A stretch of 64,000 nt of DNA from Candidatus Marinacidobacterales bacterium (GCA_965219415.1 CBDCNP010000001.1:192001-256000); one strand, 5' to 3'; positions 33,473 through 43,839 are shown, counted from the stretch's first letter. Numbers and translations are program-made. The notes: generated by a model from the sequence alone, not told the origin.

Positions 33473-35011
33473 TCAACGCCTGTCAGGTCCAGGCGCGCCA
33501 TCCCCTTCAGCCCGGACCTTCGCAATAAAAGCGAAGTTTGCGCTCCGCACAACGTACAGCAGCAGCAGCTCCCCCGGACCGGCCTGCCCGATCGCTTCCC
33601 GATAGCCACTCGGGTCTGAAACGGCTCGGCGGTTGACCTCAGTGATGACGTCCCCGCGCTGCACGCCCTCGTCCGCAGCCGGGCTCAGCGGTTTGACCCG
33701 CGCCACCATCACTCCCTGGATGTCTTCCGGCAAACCGTATCGCTGTACAGCAGCGGGAGACAGCGGTTGCACAGCGAGGCCCAAGTCATCGACGGTGTCT
33801 GGTTCCTCCGTCGAGGGTTCCGCCTCTCGTGTCGCTCCTGCCACGGCCCGTTCGTCCAGAGTGGCCCGGAGCTCCAATCGTTTGCCGTCGCGGTAGACGG
33901 TAACCTCGACGGGGGTCTCCGGAGCAGAGGAGCTGATCGCCCTCACTAGATCCGCTCCGGTTGATACCGGCTCCCCATTCACGGCCACGATCACGTCGTA
34001 GCGCTTGAAGCCCGCCTTGTGCGCCGGGGAGTCAACGGTGACACTCGTGACTACCGTGCCGCGGGGCTCGGGAAGCCCGAGCTGTTCCTGAAAGTCCTCA
34101 TCCGCGTCGTCGAGACTGACTCCTAGATAGCCACGCGACACCGCGCCGCGCTCTCTCAGTTGACTCAAAATGTCCTTTGCGGTGTTGATCGGGATGGCGA
34201 AACCGATACCCTGCCCTTGCTGGCTTACCGCGGTGTTGATCCCTACCACCTCGCCTTGGGAGTTGAGCAGCGGCCCACCCGAGTTTCCAAAATTGATGGC
34301 GGCATCGGTCTGAATGAAGTTGTCGAAACTCGGATTCCAGAGCACCCGGCCTTTGTAACTCACCACGCCAACGGTCACCGTGTGGTCGTACATGCGCAGC
34401 GGGTTGCCAATGGCAACCACCCACTCGCCCACCCGTAGAGCATCGGAGTCACCGAGAACGATGGCAGGATACTCTCCTGGCTCGTCCACTTTGAGAAGCG
34501 CCAAGTCGGTCTCCCGATCACTGCCGATCACCTTCGCGCGCAGGGTCCGTGAGTCGAAGAGCGACACATCGACGCGGTCGGCACCCTCGATGACATGATG
34601 ATTGGTCAGGAGATAGCCTTCCTTGTCGATGAAAAAACCCGAGCCGGAACCTCGCCTCGGCAACTCCAACCCTTCATGGGGATCGGACTCACCGAAGAAA
34701 TCGAAGGGATTCTTCGATGAGCCACCGCTTCTGAGTCCCATGGTGTCAGTACCGGTAGCGACGATGTTCAAGACCGCGGGATTCACCTTCTCCACGATGT
34801 TGGCGAAGTCAACTAGCCCGGCCGTTCCGGCCATTCCAGAACGTCCGCTGTTTCCGGTTGCCGGGGATGGGCCGGGATCGGGAAACGAGGGTTTGTTATC
34901 GGAAGAGGATCGGGCGGCGTTCGGAGCGATCGCCCCTGCCAAAATCAGGCCAAGCATGAAAGCGAATGCGGCTGCAACGGCCGCAGCGATCAGGAGTTCC
35001 TGCTTTTTCAT
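33473..35011 (-). CDS. HtrA/DegP-DegQ serine protease with two PDZ domains
   Basis: LTNHHV, DLAL and TDAAINFGNSGGPL motifs. Confidence 0.93.
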   Translation of the reverse strand: MKKQELLIAAAVAAAFAFMLGLILAGAIAPNAARSSSDNKPSFPDPGPSPATGNSGRSGMAGTAGLVDFANIVEKVNPAVLNIVATGTDTMGLRSGGSSKNPFDFFGESDPHEGLELPRRGSGSGFFIDKEGYLLTNHHVIEGADRVDVSLFDSRTLRAKVIGSDRETDLALLKVDEPGEYPAIVLGDSDALRVGEWVVAIGNPLRMYDHTVTVGVVSYKGRVLWNPSFDNFIQTDAAINFGNSGGPLLNSQGEVVGINTAVSQQGQGIGFAIPINTAKDILSQLRERGAVSRGYLGVSLDDADEDFQEQLGLPEPRGTVVTSVTVDSPAHKAGFKRYDVIVAVNGEPVSTGADLVRAISSSAPETPVEVTVYRDGKRLELRATLDERAVAGATREAEPSTEEPDTVDDLGLAVQPLSPAAVQRYGLPEDIQGVMVARVKPLSPAADEGVQRGDVITEVNRRAVSDPSGYREAIGQAGPGELLLLYVVRSANFAFIAKVRAEGDGAPGPDRR

Positions 35012-35101
35012 GAACAAGCGGAGTATAGCACAGGGATGCCGGGGCACCTTTTTCCGTGGCAACGCCGTATCTTGGCGTCCGCCATGCAAAAAAGCCTTTG
35101 G

Positions 35102-35599
35102 TTATTGTTTCTCCTGATTGATCGCGAGCTCGATGACGGGGGGGGGTCCGGTTTCAAGGAACGACTCCACGGCATCGGTGAACGCGACGACATCCAGCCC
35201 CATGAAGCGCCCGTCGATACGGCGCAGTTTGGCGATGCCCTTTGTTGCGAGTTTCCGAGCCCCTTCGGCTCGGCCGGCGCGATGTTGGACGAGTGCCGCG
35301 GCGACTTGGATCAGACCTTGAAGAAACGAAGCAGCGGTTGCGCTGCGGTCGGTGACTTGCCAGAGCATCTCCCACTCGGCGTGGGCTTCCCACCAATAAC
35401 TTTGATTGAACAAGTCTACTCCGTAGAGATAGGGCTCGTTCTCCTGCCAACGGTCGGCATCGAAGAGTTTCGGTGGAGATTCTGTTCTTCCATACATGTG
35501 ACCGGCCGGATCACGCTCCGGATGTGGCGTTTCACCTGGTTGGTGTTGGTACGGAGGGAACGCTCGCCGGGAATAGCGCCGAACAGCGCGAGGGGGCAA
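35102..35599 (-). CDS. DUF309 domain protein
   Basis: GVDLFNQSYWWEAHAEWEMLW...LQGLIQ. Confidence 0.8.
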   Translation of the reverse strand: MPPRAVRRYSRRAFPPYQHQPGETPHPERDPAGHMYGRTESPPKLFDADRWQENEPYLYGVDLFNQSYWWEAHAEWEMLWQVTDRSATAASFLQGLIQVAAALVQHRAGRAEGARKLATKGIAKLRRIDGRFMGLDVVAFTDAVESFLETGPPPVIELAINQEKQ

Positions 35600-36610
35600 T
35601 TACAGATTTCGCTCGATGACGTAATCGGCCAAAGCGATGAGCGAATCCTTGTGCGGCGAATCGGGTAGAGGAGCGAGGGTCTGCTTTGCTTGGTTAGAAT
35701 AATTCTCCGCCACGCTTCGGGCCTTGTCGAGCGCACGATGCCGGCGGACCAATTCCAAGATCTCTTTACCACTCACCTCGTCGACCTCTTTGTGGTCGAT
35801 GACGGCTTGCACGGTCGGCGTCGCTCGGGGCTCAGCCTGCAAAGCATAGAGGATCGGTAAGGTGACGTGCCCCTCTTTGAGATCTGCCAGGACAGGTTTC
35901 CCTAGCACTTTTTCGTCGGCCATGAAGTCCAACATGTCGTCGACCACTTGGAACGCCATGCCCAAATTCAGCCCATACTCTGTGAGGATGTGCACCTCCT
36001 CTTCTCCCGCCTCGGCGAGCACGGCACCGATCCGGGAACAACCGCTAAACAAGTAGGCCGTCTTCAGCCTCAAGATCTCCAGATGCTCGTCCTCGGTGAT
36101 CTTCAAGTCGCCGCCCCGATTCAATTCCAAGATCATGCCTTCGATCATGCGGAGCGTGACATCGCAGATCACCTCCAGGATCTTCAGGTTCCCGAGCTCG
36201 ATGGCTAAGCCCATCGAGCGTATGTAGAGGTAGTCACCTAGCAGTACCGTCACATCGTTGCCAAGCAACGAGTTCACAGAAGTCTTCCCGCGCCGCAGCG
36301 TCGCCTCGTCGATGATGTCGTCGTGGATCAAAGTCGCGGTATGGATGAACTCCATAACGGCCGCGTAGTAGTGAGCCTTCCCACCACGGTAGCCGCAGAG
36401 CTTGCCGGCGAGCAGTAAGAGCGCAGGGCGGATCCGCTTGCCTCCGCTCTCATAGACGTAGCGGCTGCTCTGCTGGATCAGCTCGACGTTGCTGTTGATC
36501 TTTTCTTCGATGAACTTGTCTACCTGCGTAAGCTCCTCATGCACCTCGGCGAAGATGTCGTCGAGGCCAATCGAAGGCCAGGCGGGGCGCGTGGATTCGG
36601 GAACCTGCAT
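35600..36610 (-). CDS. Polyprenyl diphosphate synthase (IspB/HepT-like)
   Basis: GGKRIRP, LIHDDIID, KTA and FQVVDDMLD motifs. Confidence 0.93.
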   Translation of the reverse strand: MQVPESTRPAWPSIGLDDIFAEVHEELTQVDKFIEEKINSNVELIQQSSRYVYESGGKRIRPALLLLAGKLCGYRGGKAHYYAAVMEFIHTATLIHDDIIDEATLRRGKTSVNSLLGNDVTVLLGDYLYIRSMGLAIELGNLKILEVICDVTLRMIEGMILELNRGGDLKITEDEHLEILRLKTAYLFSGCSRIGAVLAEAGEEEVHILTEYGLNLGMAFQVVDDMLDFMADEKVLGKPVLADLKEGHVTLPILYALQAEPRATPTVQAVIDHKEVDEVSGKEILELVRRHRALDKARSVAENYSNQAKQTLAPLPDSPHKDSLIALADYVIERNL

Positions 36611-36618
36611 GGGTCGTC

Positions 36619-37110
36619 CTAGCGGTAGTTCGTGAACTCCATGTGAATGTCCATGTCGGTGTCACGTAGTAACTGCATGATTTTCTGCAGATCGTCTTTG
36701 CTTTTGCCAGTCACCCTCAACTGATCGCCCTGAATCGCAGTCTGCACCTTGAGCTTGGTGCCCTTGACCATCTTCACGATCTCCCGTGCCTTCTCGATCG
36801 GGATACCACTTTGGAGATCGACGCGCTGTTTGACCGTACCTCCGAGGGCGGTTTCGATTTCTCCGGGTTGGAGCGCCTTGAGGGAAACCTTCCGCTTGAT
36901 CAATTTCCCCTTCAAGACCTCCATGGCACTCTTCAATTTGTACTCATCGACGGAGGTCAACTCGAGATGGTCCTCCCCGAGCTGGATCGCCGTCTTGGAA
37001 CCCTTGAAATCGAAGCGGTTTTGGATCTCCTTGCCTGCCTGCTGGACGGCGTTTTTCACCTCCTGCAGATCTACCTCGGAAACTACATCAAAGGAATGGC
37101 CTGGTGGCAT
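36619..37110 (-). CDS. yajQ: YajQ family nucleotide-binding protein
   Basis: SFDVVSEVDLQEVKNAV...RFDFKG...IQGDQLRVTGK...FTNYR. Confidence 0.95.
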   Translation of the reverse strand: MPPGHSFDVVSEVDLQEVKNAVQQAGKEIQNRFDFKGSKTAIQLGEDHLELTSVDEYKLKSAMEVLKGKLIKRKVSLKALQPGEIETALGGTVKQRVDLQSGIPIEKAREIVKMVKGTKLKVQTAIQGDQLRVTGKSKDDLQKIMQLLRDTDMDIHMEFTNYR

Positions 37111-37210
37111 AGGGCCCTCATTATCGCGGAAATCGCCCTGTCAATCAATTCAGCGGGCGATTCCGGGGCGGCGGGCAGGCAGGGCGCAAGCGATTGAAAG
37201 GAAAGGGGAT

Positions 37211-37978
37211 TTAGCGACGGAAGAAACGGCGGAAGTTGGCGTCGGTCGCGTCCTCGACTTCATCGAGGCTGATCCCCTTGAGCTTCGCCAACGCGGCGGC
37301 GGTATCCCTTACGAACGCGGGCTCGTTCCGTTTTCCTCGATGCGGCACCGGTGCCAAATAGGGCGAATCCGTCTCCACCAGGAGCTTGTCCATCGGGAGA
37401 TCCTTGGCGACCTCCCGTAGGGACTCGGCGTTCTTGAAGGTCAGGATGCCGGAGAAGGAGATGAGGAAACCGAGCTCGATCGCCGCCTTGGCGGTCGCGA
37501 GATCGGCCGTGAAAGAGTGCAAGATCCCGCCGACTTCACGCGCGCGCTCCTCCCTCAGGATGGTGACCAGGTCCGCCTCCGACTCCCGCTGATGGATGAT
37601 GATTGGGAGACCCAGTTTTTTTGCCACCCGTATCTGCCGCCGAAAGACGTCTCGCTGGATCTCGGGTGGGGACAAATTATAGTGATAGTCCAACCCGATC
37701 TCCCCGATGGCCACTAACCGAGGACGCTGACTCAACCTCTCGAGCGTCGTCTCACCATCGGCTCCGAACGCTTTGGCGTCGTGGGGGTGGCAACCTATCG
37801 CGGTCAGAAGCGCCGGATGCTCGTCTACGAGCTCGAAGGCTTTGGTGTAGGTGGCCCCTTCATCCATGAGGCCCAAGGAGAGAATGGTGTCGATCCCGGC
37901 CGCCTTGGCTCGTCGTAGAACGCCGGCTCGATCGTGATCGAATGCGTCCATCTCCAGGTGGGCATGTGAGTCAATCAT
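37211..37978 (-). CDS. tatD: TatD family DNase
   Basis: IDSHAH, GCHPH, IGEIGLDY and ETDSPYLAP motifs. Confidence 0.93.
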   Translation of the reverse strand: MIDSHAHLEMDAFDHDRAGVLRRAKAAGIDTILSLGLMDEGATYTKAFELVDEHPALLTAIGCHPHDAKAFGADGETTLERLSQRPRLVAIGEIGLDYHYNLSPPEIQRDVFRRQIRVAKKLGLPIIIHQRESEADLVTILREERAREVGGILHSFTADLATAKAAIELGFLISFSGILTFKNAESLREVAKDLPMDKLLVETDSPYLAPVPHRGKRNEPAFVRDTAAALAKLKGISLDEVEDATDANFRRFFRR

Positions 37979-40262
37979 TCTTTTTCTTCTTACCTTCCAT
38001 GTACTGCAGATAGCCCACGCCGCCGAGATAGCGCCCCAAGTCTTCGGGGACCAGCGCACCTTCCGGCTGCGGTGCTCCGGCTCGAAGGTGCTCTTGTTCT
38101 CGGAGCCAATGAAATATCCTTTGACGCCAGAATCCAGATGAGACTCTTCGTTCGGCGGCTATATTGACCTGCTCTCCCGGATCGCTCGAGCGATCGTAGA
38201 GCTCCTCGGCCCCGGTTCGACTGTCCCAGATAAACTTGTCGCGGCGATCTTGAACCGAATAGCGCGGCTTGTTCCACAAGGTCCGCGAGAAGGCGGAGCG
38301 TGGAGGAAGACTCTCTCCATACAGAAGCGGCGCAATACTCCGACCCTGCATTTCCTCCACCGCAGGCCCCTCACCCAACCCGACCAGCGCCAAGATCGTG
38401 GGGGCCAAGTCGATGAGCTCCACGACTTGCGACACCCTTTGCGCTGCAACTCCCGGCACCCGCATCGTTAGCGGAACCCTGACGCTTTCATCGTAGAGCT
38501 GCGTGTTATGACCGATGAAGCGGTGCTCGAACAAGGCCTCGCCATGGTCGGCGGTCAGAATGACGATGGTGCGCTCGGAAAGCCCGAGTGAATCCAACTC
38601 TGCGAGAATCTTTCCGACGAGATGATCCGCGAAAGCCATGTTTCCATCGTAGAGGGCGCGTATGCGTGAGAGCACTTGGGCCGGGACTTCCTCGTCGCGG
38701 GCCGCGGCGTCGTTGAAGACGTTTACCTGTTCCCACTCGCTGATCCCTTCTGGAAAAAGGTCGCCAGGACCGAAGCGTGTATCGAACGGCGGCGGCGGAT
38801 CATAAGGAAAGTGGGGCTCGCGAAAATGCACGTAGGCGAAAAAACGTCGCTCCGCGTTCTCCTGCAACCAGCTTGAAAAAGATTGCAGCACGGAGTCCCC
38901 GTGTCCGGTGTAATCTTCGCGCTCCCGCGCCAGCTGGAACTCCTGGTATCCCCGATCCAACCCGAAGGTCGACGATACGACGGCGTTGCCCGAGAAACCG
39001 GCGGAGGCGAAACCCTCGAGAGTCAGAAGACCGGGCAACGTCACGGCGGACGCCGGAAGCCGATCGGCGAAGGAGACGCTCTGGTGTCTTTCGGGATATT
39101 GACCGGTTAACAGCGAGCCAATCGACGCGATGGTGTAAACCGCTTGGCTCACGGCGTTGTCGAAAACCACGCTCTCGGCGGCGAGCCTCTCGATCTCGGG
39201 CGTGGTTGGCTTTTCGTAACCATAGGCACTCATGCGGACGGCGCTCGCGCCGTCGAGGACGATGAGAAGGACATTGAGCTCTTCGGGGAGCTCGTCGGGG
39301 ATTTGCGCGTGAGACGGGGCGGGAGGCTCGGCGCGCGCATAAGTGAGGACGGGCCTCGCAAAGAGATCGGCCGACTCCGCGCGCAGTGAAATCTCCACCC
39401 GTTCACCGCTCAAAGAATCGAGCGCCAGCTCACGGCTAATGACTTCGCCACTGGGGGCCGTCGCTTCCGCAAGATCTTCGATTTCGCTCTCGCTATCCGT
39501 GGACCGCACGTGAATGCGAAGCCTCGCACCCGCGGGAGCCAAGAGACGCTGAGGCTCGTGAGCCCCTACATCGACCGCGAGGCGCGCCTCCTCGGGAACT
39601 CGCAAGAAGTAAGAGAGTCGCCCTCCTGCAGGCAAGTACACTCCGGGAGATTCCGAGTGAGGCTCGACCAAGGCGAAAGGCCCCGGCTTGCCCTCGACCG
39701 GCGGCGTCCCAGGTGGAGGCACATCGAAACGATAGAAGGCTACAGCAAGCTCGCGCCGATCTTGACTATCCTCACCCGTATCCCTGGGAGAGCGTGCGTA
39801 GCGGAATCGAATCTCCATCGTGTTCTCGCCCTCGACCAGAGCGAGCTCGAGGGGATAGCGGCTTCTTCCCTCGCGTAGGTGGAGGGTGGGTAGCACCCGA
39901 CCGTTGTGGGCGATCTCGAGAATCTGCGCCGGTGCTCCCGGGAAGCGGTGCGGCTGACATTCGACCCACGCCAGGCGCTCCCCCGAAGTGTCGCTCTCGA
40001 AACGAAAGGATGCCTGGTCGCCGACCGCCCAGCGAAACGCGTTGCCGTCCGGCGCCGTCTCCCCGAAGGACCACCCGTCACCGAGAAGTGGAATCGCGGA
40101 GGGGGCGCCGAACTCGACGAGGATGCCTTTCCAGTCCTTCGAAGCCACCGGCGTCTCCCTGACGAGAGCAAGGGTGGCGCAGGTCACATCATCGGAACTC
40201 TGACATCCGACGAAAGCCAACAACACCGCGACCCAGACCGCGTGGCGTCCGGGTTGGTTCAC
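37971..40262 (-). CDS. Sulfatase-like lipoprotein
   Basis: Lipobox FVGC; NVLLIVLD, YVHFREPHFPY and TADHGE motifs. Confidence 0.85.
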   Translation of the reverse strand: MNQPGRHAVWVAVLLAFVGCQSSDDVTCATLALVRETPVASKDWKGILVEFGAPSAIPLLGDGWSFGETAPDGNAFRWAVGDQASFRFESDTSGERLAWVECQPHRFPGAPAQILEIAHNGRVLPTLHLREGRSRYPLELALVEGENTMEIRFRYARSPRDTGEDSQDRRELAVAFYRFDVPPPGTPPVEGKPGPFALVEPHSESPGVYLPAGGRLSYFLRVPEEARLAVDVGAHEPQRLLAPAGARLRIHVRSTDSESEIEDLAEATAPSGEVISRELALDSLSGERVEISLRAESADLFARPVLTYARAEPPAPSHAQIPDELPEELNVLLIVLDGASAVRMSAYGYEKPTTPEIERLAAESVVFDNAVSQAVYTIASIGSLLTGQYPERHQSVSFADRLPASAVTLPGLLTLEGFASAGFSGNAVVSSTFGLDRGYQEFQLAREREDYTGHGDSVLQSFSSWLQENAERRFFAYVHFREPHFPYDPPPPFDTRFGPGDLFPEGISEWEQVNVFNDAAARDEEVPAQVLSRIRALYDGNMAFADHLVGKILAELDSLGLSERTIVILTADHGEALFEHRFIGHNTQLYDESVRVPLTMRVPGVAAQRVSQVVELIDLAPTILALVGLGEGPAVEEMQGRSIAPLLYGESLPPRSAFSRTLWNKPRYSVQDRRDKFIWDSRTGAEELYDRSSDPGEQVNIAAERRVSSGFWRQRIFHWLREQEHLRAGAPQPEGALVPEDLGRYLGGVGYLQYMEGKKKKND

Positions 40263-40264
40263 GC

Positions 40265-40660
40265 TTATCGGACCTTGCTTCCAGGAGGAACGCTTTCGTC
40301 GAAGGTCGCGAGGATAGGTTTTCCGTCCGGCGGTTGCGCCGCCAGGAGCATGCCGTCGGATTCGACCCCCCGAAGGCGGGCCGGCTTGAGGTTGGCCACC
40401 ACGATAATCGTGCGTCCCACGAGCGATTCCGGTTGGTAGACCTCGGCGATACCGGCAACGAGCTGCCGCTTCTCGCCACCCAGATCCACGATGAATTTCA
40501 AAAGCCGCGTGGTCCCGGGGACCGCTTCCGCTTCGAGAACCTTCGCCACCCGAAGGTCTAAGCGGCCGAACTCGTCAATAGAGATCTTCTCCGGGGAGCT
40601 TTTCTGCGGCGAGGCCGGGCTAGCCGCCGCGGGTTTCGAGTCGTTATTAGTTTCGCTCAT
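40265..40660 (-). CDS. Stand-alone MetRS C-terminal (beta) tRNA-binding domain protein
   Basis: ISIDEFGRLDLRVAKV...VANLKPARLRGVESDGMLLAA. Confidence 0.9.
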   Translation of the reverse strand: MSETNNDSKPAAASPASPQKSSPEKISIDEFGRLDLRVAKVLEAEAVPGTTRLLKFIVDLGGEKRQLVAGIAEVYQPESLVGRTIIVVANLKPARLRGVESDGMLLAAQPPDGKPILATFDESVPPGSKVR

Positions 40661-40678
40661 GCCTTTTCCTCTGCCTTG

Positions 40679-41869
40679 TTACTTCTTCGAGCGTCCCTCC
40701 TGCCAGGCTGATAGGGCGGCGTGCTGCACTTCCTTGAGCGAAACACGCTTTCGAGATGCGATGCGCCGGCAGTCTTCGAACTCGGGGGCCACGTTCAAAA
40801 CACGGCCACCCCTCAACCCCAGCTTGACCGCTACTTTCCCAAACCGGGTCGACACTTGCACTACCTTGCGCTCGAGCACTTGCCTCTCGACCTCATGACA
40901 CCGCAGACCCAGAGTCGTGCTCTCAGAGAACAGAATCCCCGCCATCTCTTCCCGGAGGTTCGTCGGCGCGATGACCGTGACGTTCACCCCAGGGCGACTC
41001 TTCTTCATGGTCGCCGGGGTGAAAAAGACGTCGAGCGCCCCGGCTCCGAGCAATCTCTCGAGCAGATAGCCGGCAAGCTCAGGGCTCATGTCGTCGATAG
41101 TGGCCTCCATGACCAGCACCGTCTGGTCGGGACCCCTCCTCCCAGCGGTCTCGCCCAAGACCAGCCTTAGTGCATTGGGCCGTCCATCTCGCGGATCCTT
41201 CGTCCCCAGTCCGTAGCCGATTTGTTTCAAGGTCATCGCCGGCCAGGGACCGTATCGCCCCGCTAGCGACGTGACCAGAAGGGCTCCGGTGGGAGTGGTT
41301 CGCTCGAAGCTCGAGTCATCCGAAAAAACCGGCGCGCCGCGGAGCAGCAAAGCGGTCGCAGGCGCAGGGACCGACATCCGCCCGTGCTCGATGACCAACT
41401 CTCCTCCCCCGACGTTGACCGGTGAGCTCTCTACGGTCTTGATATCGAGGAGCTCCAGACCGATGAGCGTCCCGACCACGTCGATGAGAGTATCGAGCGA
41501 ACCGAGCTCGTGAAGGTGGAGCTTGTCGATCCTCTTCCCATGAACCCGCGCCTCGGCGGCGTAGATGCGACGGATGAGATCGATTCCACGCTCCTTGAGC
41601 TCCGACGAGAGTCGGCTCGCCTCTAGGATCTCGGAGAATTCGGAGAAATGACGGTGCCCTTTGTCTCCTGGCGTCAGGACTTGGACACGAGTCCCCCGGA
41701 TCCCTTGCCGCGTCGCCTTAGATGCCTTGAGCTGAAATCGCCCCGTGCGAAGCTTCTTGAGCTCCGCGGTCAACTTCGCGAGCGGCAAACCGAGATCGAC
41801 CAGCGCACCGAGAGTCATGTCGCCGCTCACTCCCGCCGAGCAATCGAAGTAGAGGATTCGCTCCGCCAC
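40679..41869 (-). CDS. larC: Nickel-pincer cofactor biosynthesis protein LarC
   Basis: YFDCSAGVSGDM, AEARVHG, HLHELG, TTPTGA, MKKSRPG and PEFEDC motifs. Confidence 0.92.
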   Translation of the reverse strand: MAERILYFDCSAGVSGDMTLGALVDLGLPLAKLTAELKKLRTGRFQLKASKATRQGIRGTRVQVLTPGDKGHRHFSEFSEILEASRLSSELKERGIDLIRRIYAAEARVHGKRIDKLHLHELGSLDTLIDVVGTLIGLELLDIKTVESSPVNVGGGELVIEHGRMSVPAPATALLLRGAPVFSDDSSFERTTPTGALLVTSLAGRYGPWPAMTLKQIGYGLGTKDPRDGRPNALRLVLGETAGRRGPDQTVLVMEATIDDMSPELAGYLLERLLGAGALDVFFTPATMKKSRPGVNVTVIAPTNLREEMAGILFSESTTLGLRCHEVERQVLERKVVQVSTRFGKVAVKLGLRGGRVLNVAPEFEDCRRIASRKRVSLKEVQHAALSAWQEGRSKK

Positions 41870-41872
41870 CGG

Positions 41873-42546
41873 TTAGAGATTTCCCTTCTCTTTGAGACTC
41901 GTGAAGCGCCCTTGTCCAAGAATCACGTGGTCGAGAACCTCGATACCCATGATGCTGCCCGCCTTCTTGAGCCTTCGGGTCAGGTCAGCGCGAGATCTTC
42001 ATTCGATGGCGTGGGATCACCCGACGGATGGTTATGAAACAAAATCAAACCCGCGGCCTGAAGTGCCACCGCCTCCCTGAAGACCTCGCGGGGGTGGACC
42101 AGGCTGCCGTTGAGGCTTCCCCGAGAGATGACTTCGAGACGCTTCAAGCGGTTCCGCGTATCGAGTACCAGCACGCCGAACTCTTCCACCGGCTTGGCCC
42201 CGAATCGAGGCAAGAGATATCTCCCCGCGTCGTCCGGAGTACAGAAGATAGGACGGCGCTCGGGCGGTTCGGCGATTGTGCGCCTTCCCAACTCGAGCGC
42301 CGCCACTAGTCGAGCCGTGCGCGCCGATTTGAGTCCTCTTAATCTCGTCAAGCTGTCCGGGGTCGACCGGGCAAGCCCCTCTAGTCCGCCGGTAGAAGAC
42401 AAGATCTGGTTGGCAAGCTCGAGCGCGAAAAGATTTCGGGTGCCGGTTCCTAGAACCACGGCCACGAGCTCGTTGGTCCCTAGTACTTCGGCGCCTCGCG
42501 CGAGGAGCTTTTCCCGCGGGCGATCTTCCGGTGCTAGCCCGTTCAT
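41873..42546 (-). pseudogene. radC: RadC/JAB-domain protein disrupted by a 5-bp duplication
   Basis: DRPREKL, VHPREVF and HNHPSGD motifs. Removing one GGTCA copy (41978-41987) restores [22 protein letters not shown]. Confidence 0.88.
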
Positions 42547-42558
42547 AGCAAACTCGGC

Positions 42559-43305
42559 TTAGCCGATCCCCGCCGCTTGCATGAGCTCTGGAAGACGAAC
42601 CGCCGAGGGACCGAGCAGGGTCACATCAGCCATCGAGCTCAAGGGCGTTTCCTCCATATTCACTTCGATCACCATAGCGCCCGCTTGCTTCGCCACCACC
42701 GGTAGGGAAGCCGCGGGATGTACCAAGGCCGAGGTCCCAACGACCAGTACCGCGTCGCTGCTGGACATCGCGCTCACCGAACGACTGAGAGGCTCTTGGG
42801 GCAACATCTCCCCAAACCAAACGACGTCGGGCCGGAGCAAGCTGCCACAAGTACATCGCGGAGGGAGCTCGGGCAAGGGCACCCGGAAATCCTCGGCGTT
42901 GTGCGAGCAGCTCGTGCAACGAAGCCGCCAAACGTTGCCGTGAAGCTCCTGCACGTTACGGCTTCCCGCGGCACGGTGCAGCCCGTCGACGTTCTGGGTC
43001 ACGAGCGTGAACTCGTTCACGCTTTGCTCGAGTCTCACCAAGGCGTCGTGCCCGGTGTTCGGTTTGCAGGCCGCCAACTTTTGTCGCCTCCAGTCATACC
43101 ACTCCCAACTCATCTTGGGATCGCGCGCGAAGGCCTCCGGCGTGGCCAGTTCCTCCGGCCGGTGCTTTTTCCAAAGACCCTGAGGGCCTCGGAACGTCGG
43201 CACCCCGCTCTCCGCCGAGACGCCGGCACCGGTCAATACGCTGACCCGCTCGGCGGCGGCGAGCCTCTTCGCCGATTCCCGGACCGCTTGCTCATCATGT
43301 TGCAC
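42559..43305 (-). CDS. cobB: NAD-dependent deacylase (sirtuin)
   Basis: TGAGVSAESGVPTFRG, TQNVDGLH, HGN and RPDVVWFGE motifs. Confidence 0.93.
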   Translation of the reverse strand: MQHDEQAVRESAKRLAAAERVSVLTGAGVSAESGVPTFRGPQGLWKKHRPEELATPEAFARDPKMSWEWYDWRRQKLAACKPNTGHDALVRLEQSVNEFTLVTQNVDGLHRAAGSRNVQELHGNVWRLRCTSCSHNAEDFRVPLPELPPRCTCGSLLRPDVVWFGEMLPQEPLSRSVSAMSSSDAVLVVGTSALVHPAASLPVVAKQAGAMVIEVNMEETPLSSMADVTLLGPSAVRLPELMQAAGIG

Positions 43306-43705
43306 CGTCAGAGTTTATTCCAGCCCCTCCATCGAGGCAACGAAGCCTCTTAGTATGGACGAAAAACAAGCCTCACCTCCGCCGTCGAGCGGCCACTTTG
43401 TCCCGAAAGCAGTGGATTCGACCCGTGGCCCGAGAAGGGAGAAATGTCTCCAAAAGAAGCCGTCATGTCCTTCATAGGATTGGGAGAAAGCGGCCGCACC
43501 GACACTTCCGAGCGGCACGACGACGCGCTCGACGAAGCCTTCCACTGACGAGGAAGCTGACAATCCTGCCCCGGCTGAGAAGCGTCCAAGTCGGCGAGAT
43601 GCCATAGGGAGAGCCTGCCCCGAAACTACGTCGCGGAAGCATAGGGAGTGGGCGTATATACCAGAGCTTCGGCTGTAGCCGATTAGTGACGCAAAGCCCG
43701 TAGAG

Positions 43706-43839
43706 CAAGTATCTTTTTATCAATAAGTTAAGGGGGCGTACCCGGTTCCGAGGGATCCGTTTTTTTGTCTAAACCATTTGTTTTCAATCAGTTAAAGTAC
43801 ACACTCGGACTTGACTTTCACCTAATCTACTCCTATATT
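43706..43839 (+). promoter_or_regulatory. Two 25-bp IHF-like boxes plus sigma70 promoter of HNH copy C
   Basis: TATCAA-TAAG-TTA (exact WATCAANNNNTTR) and TTTCAA-TCAG-TTA; TTGACT(43811)-17-TATATT(43834). Confidence 0.65.

Noticed and set aside
41980-41982. TGA in radC as read-through
   Set aside because: The downstream coding sequence is in a different frame; the stop is created by the 5-bp duplication.
43315-43605. 96-aa ORF upstream of cobB
   Set aside because: No recognisable motif, so I cannot support it as a gene.
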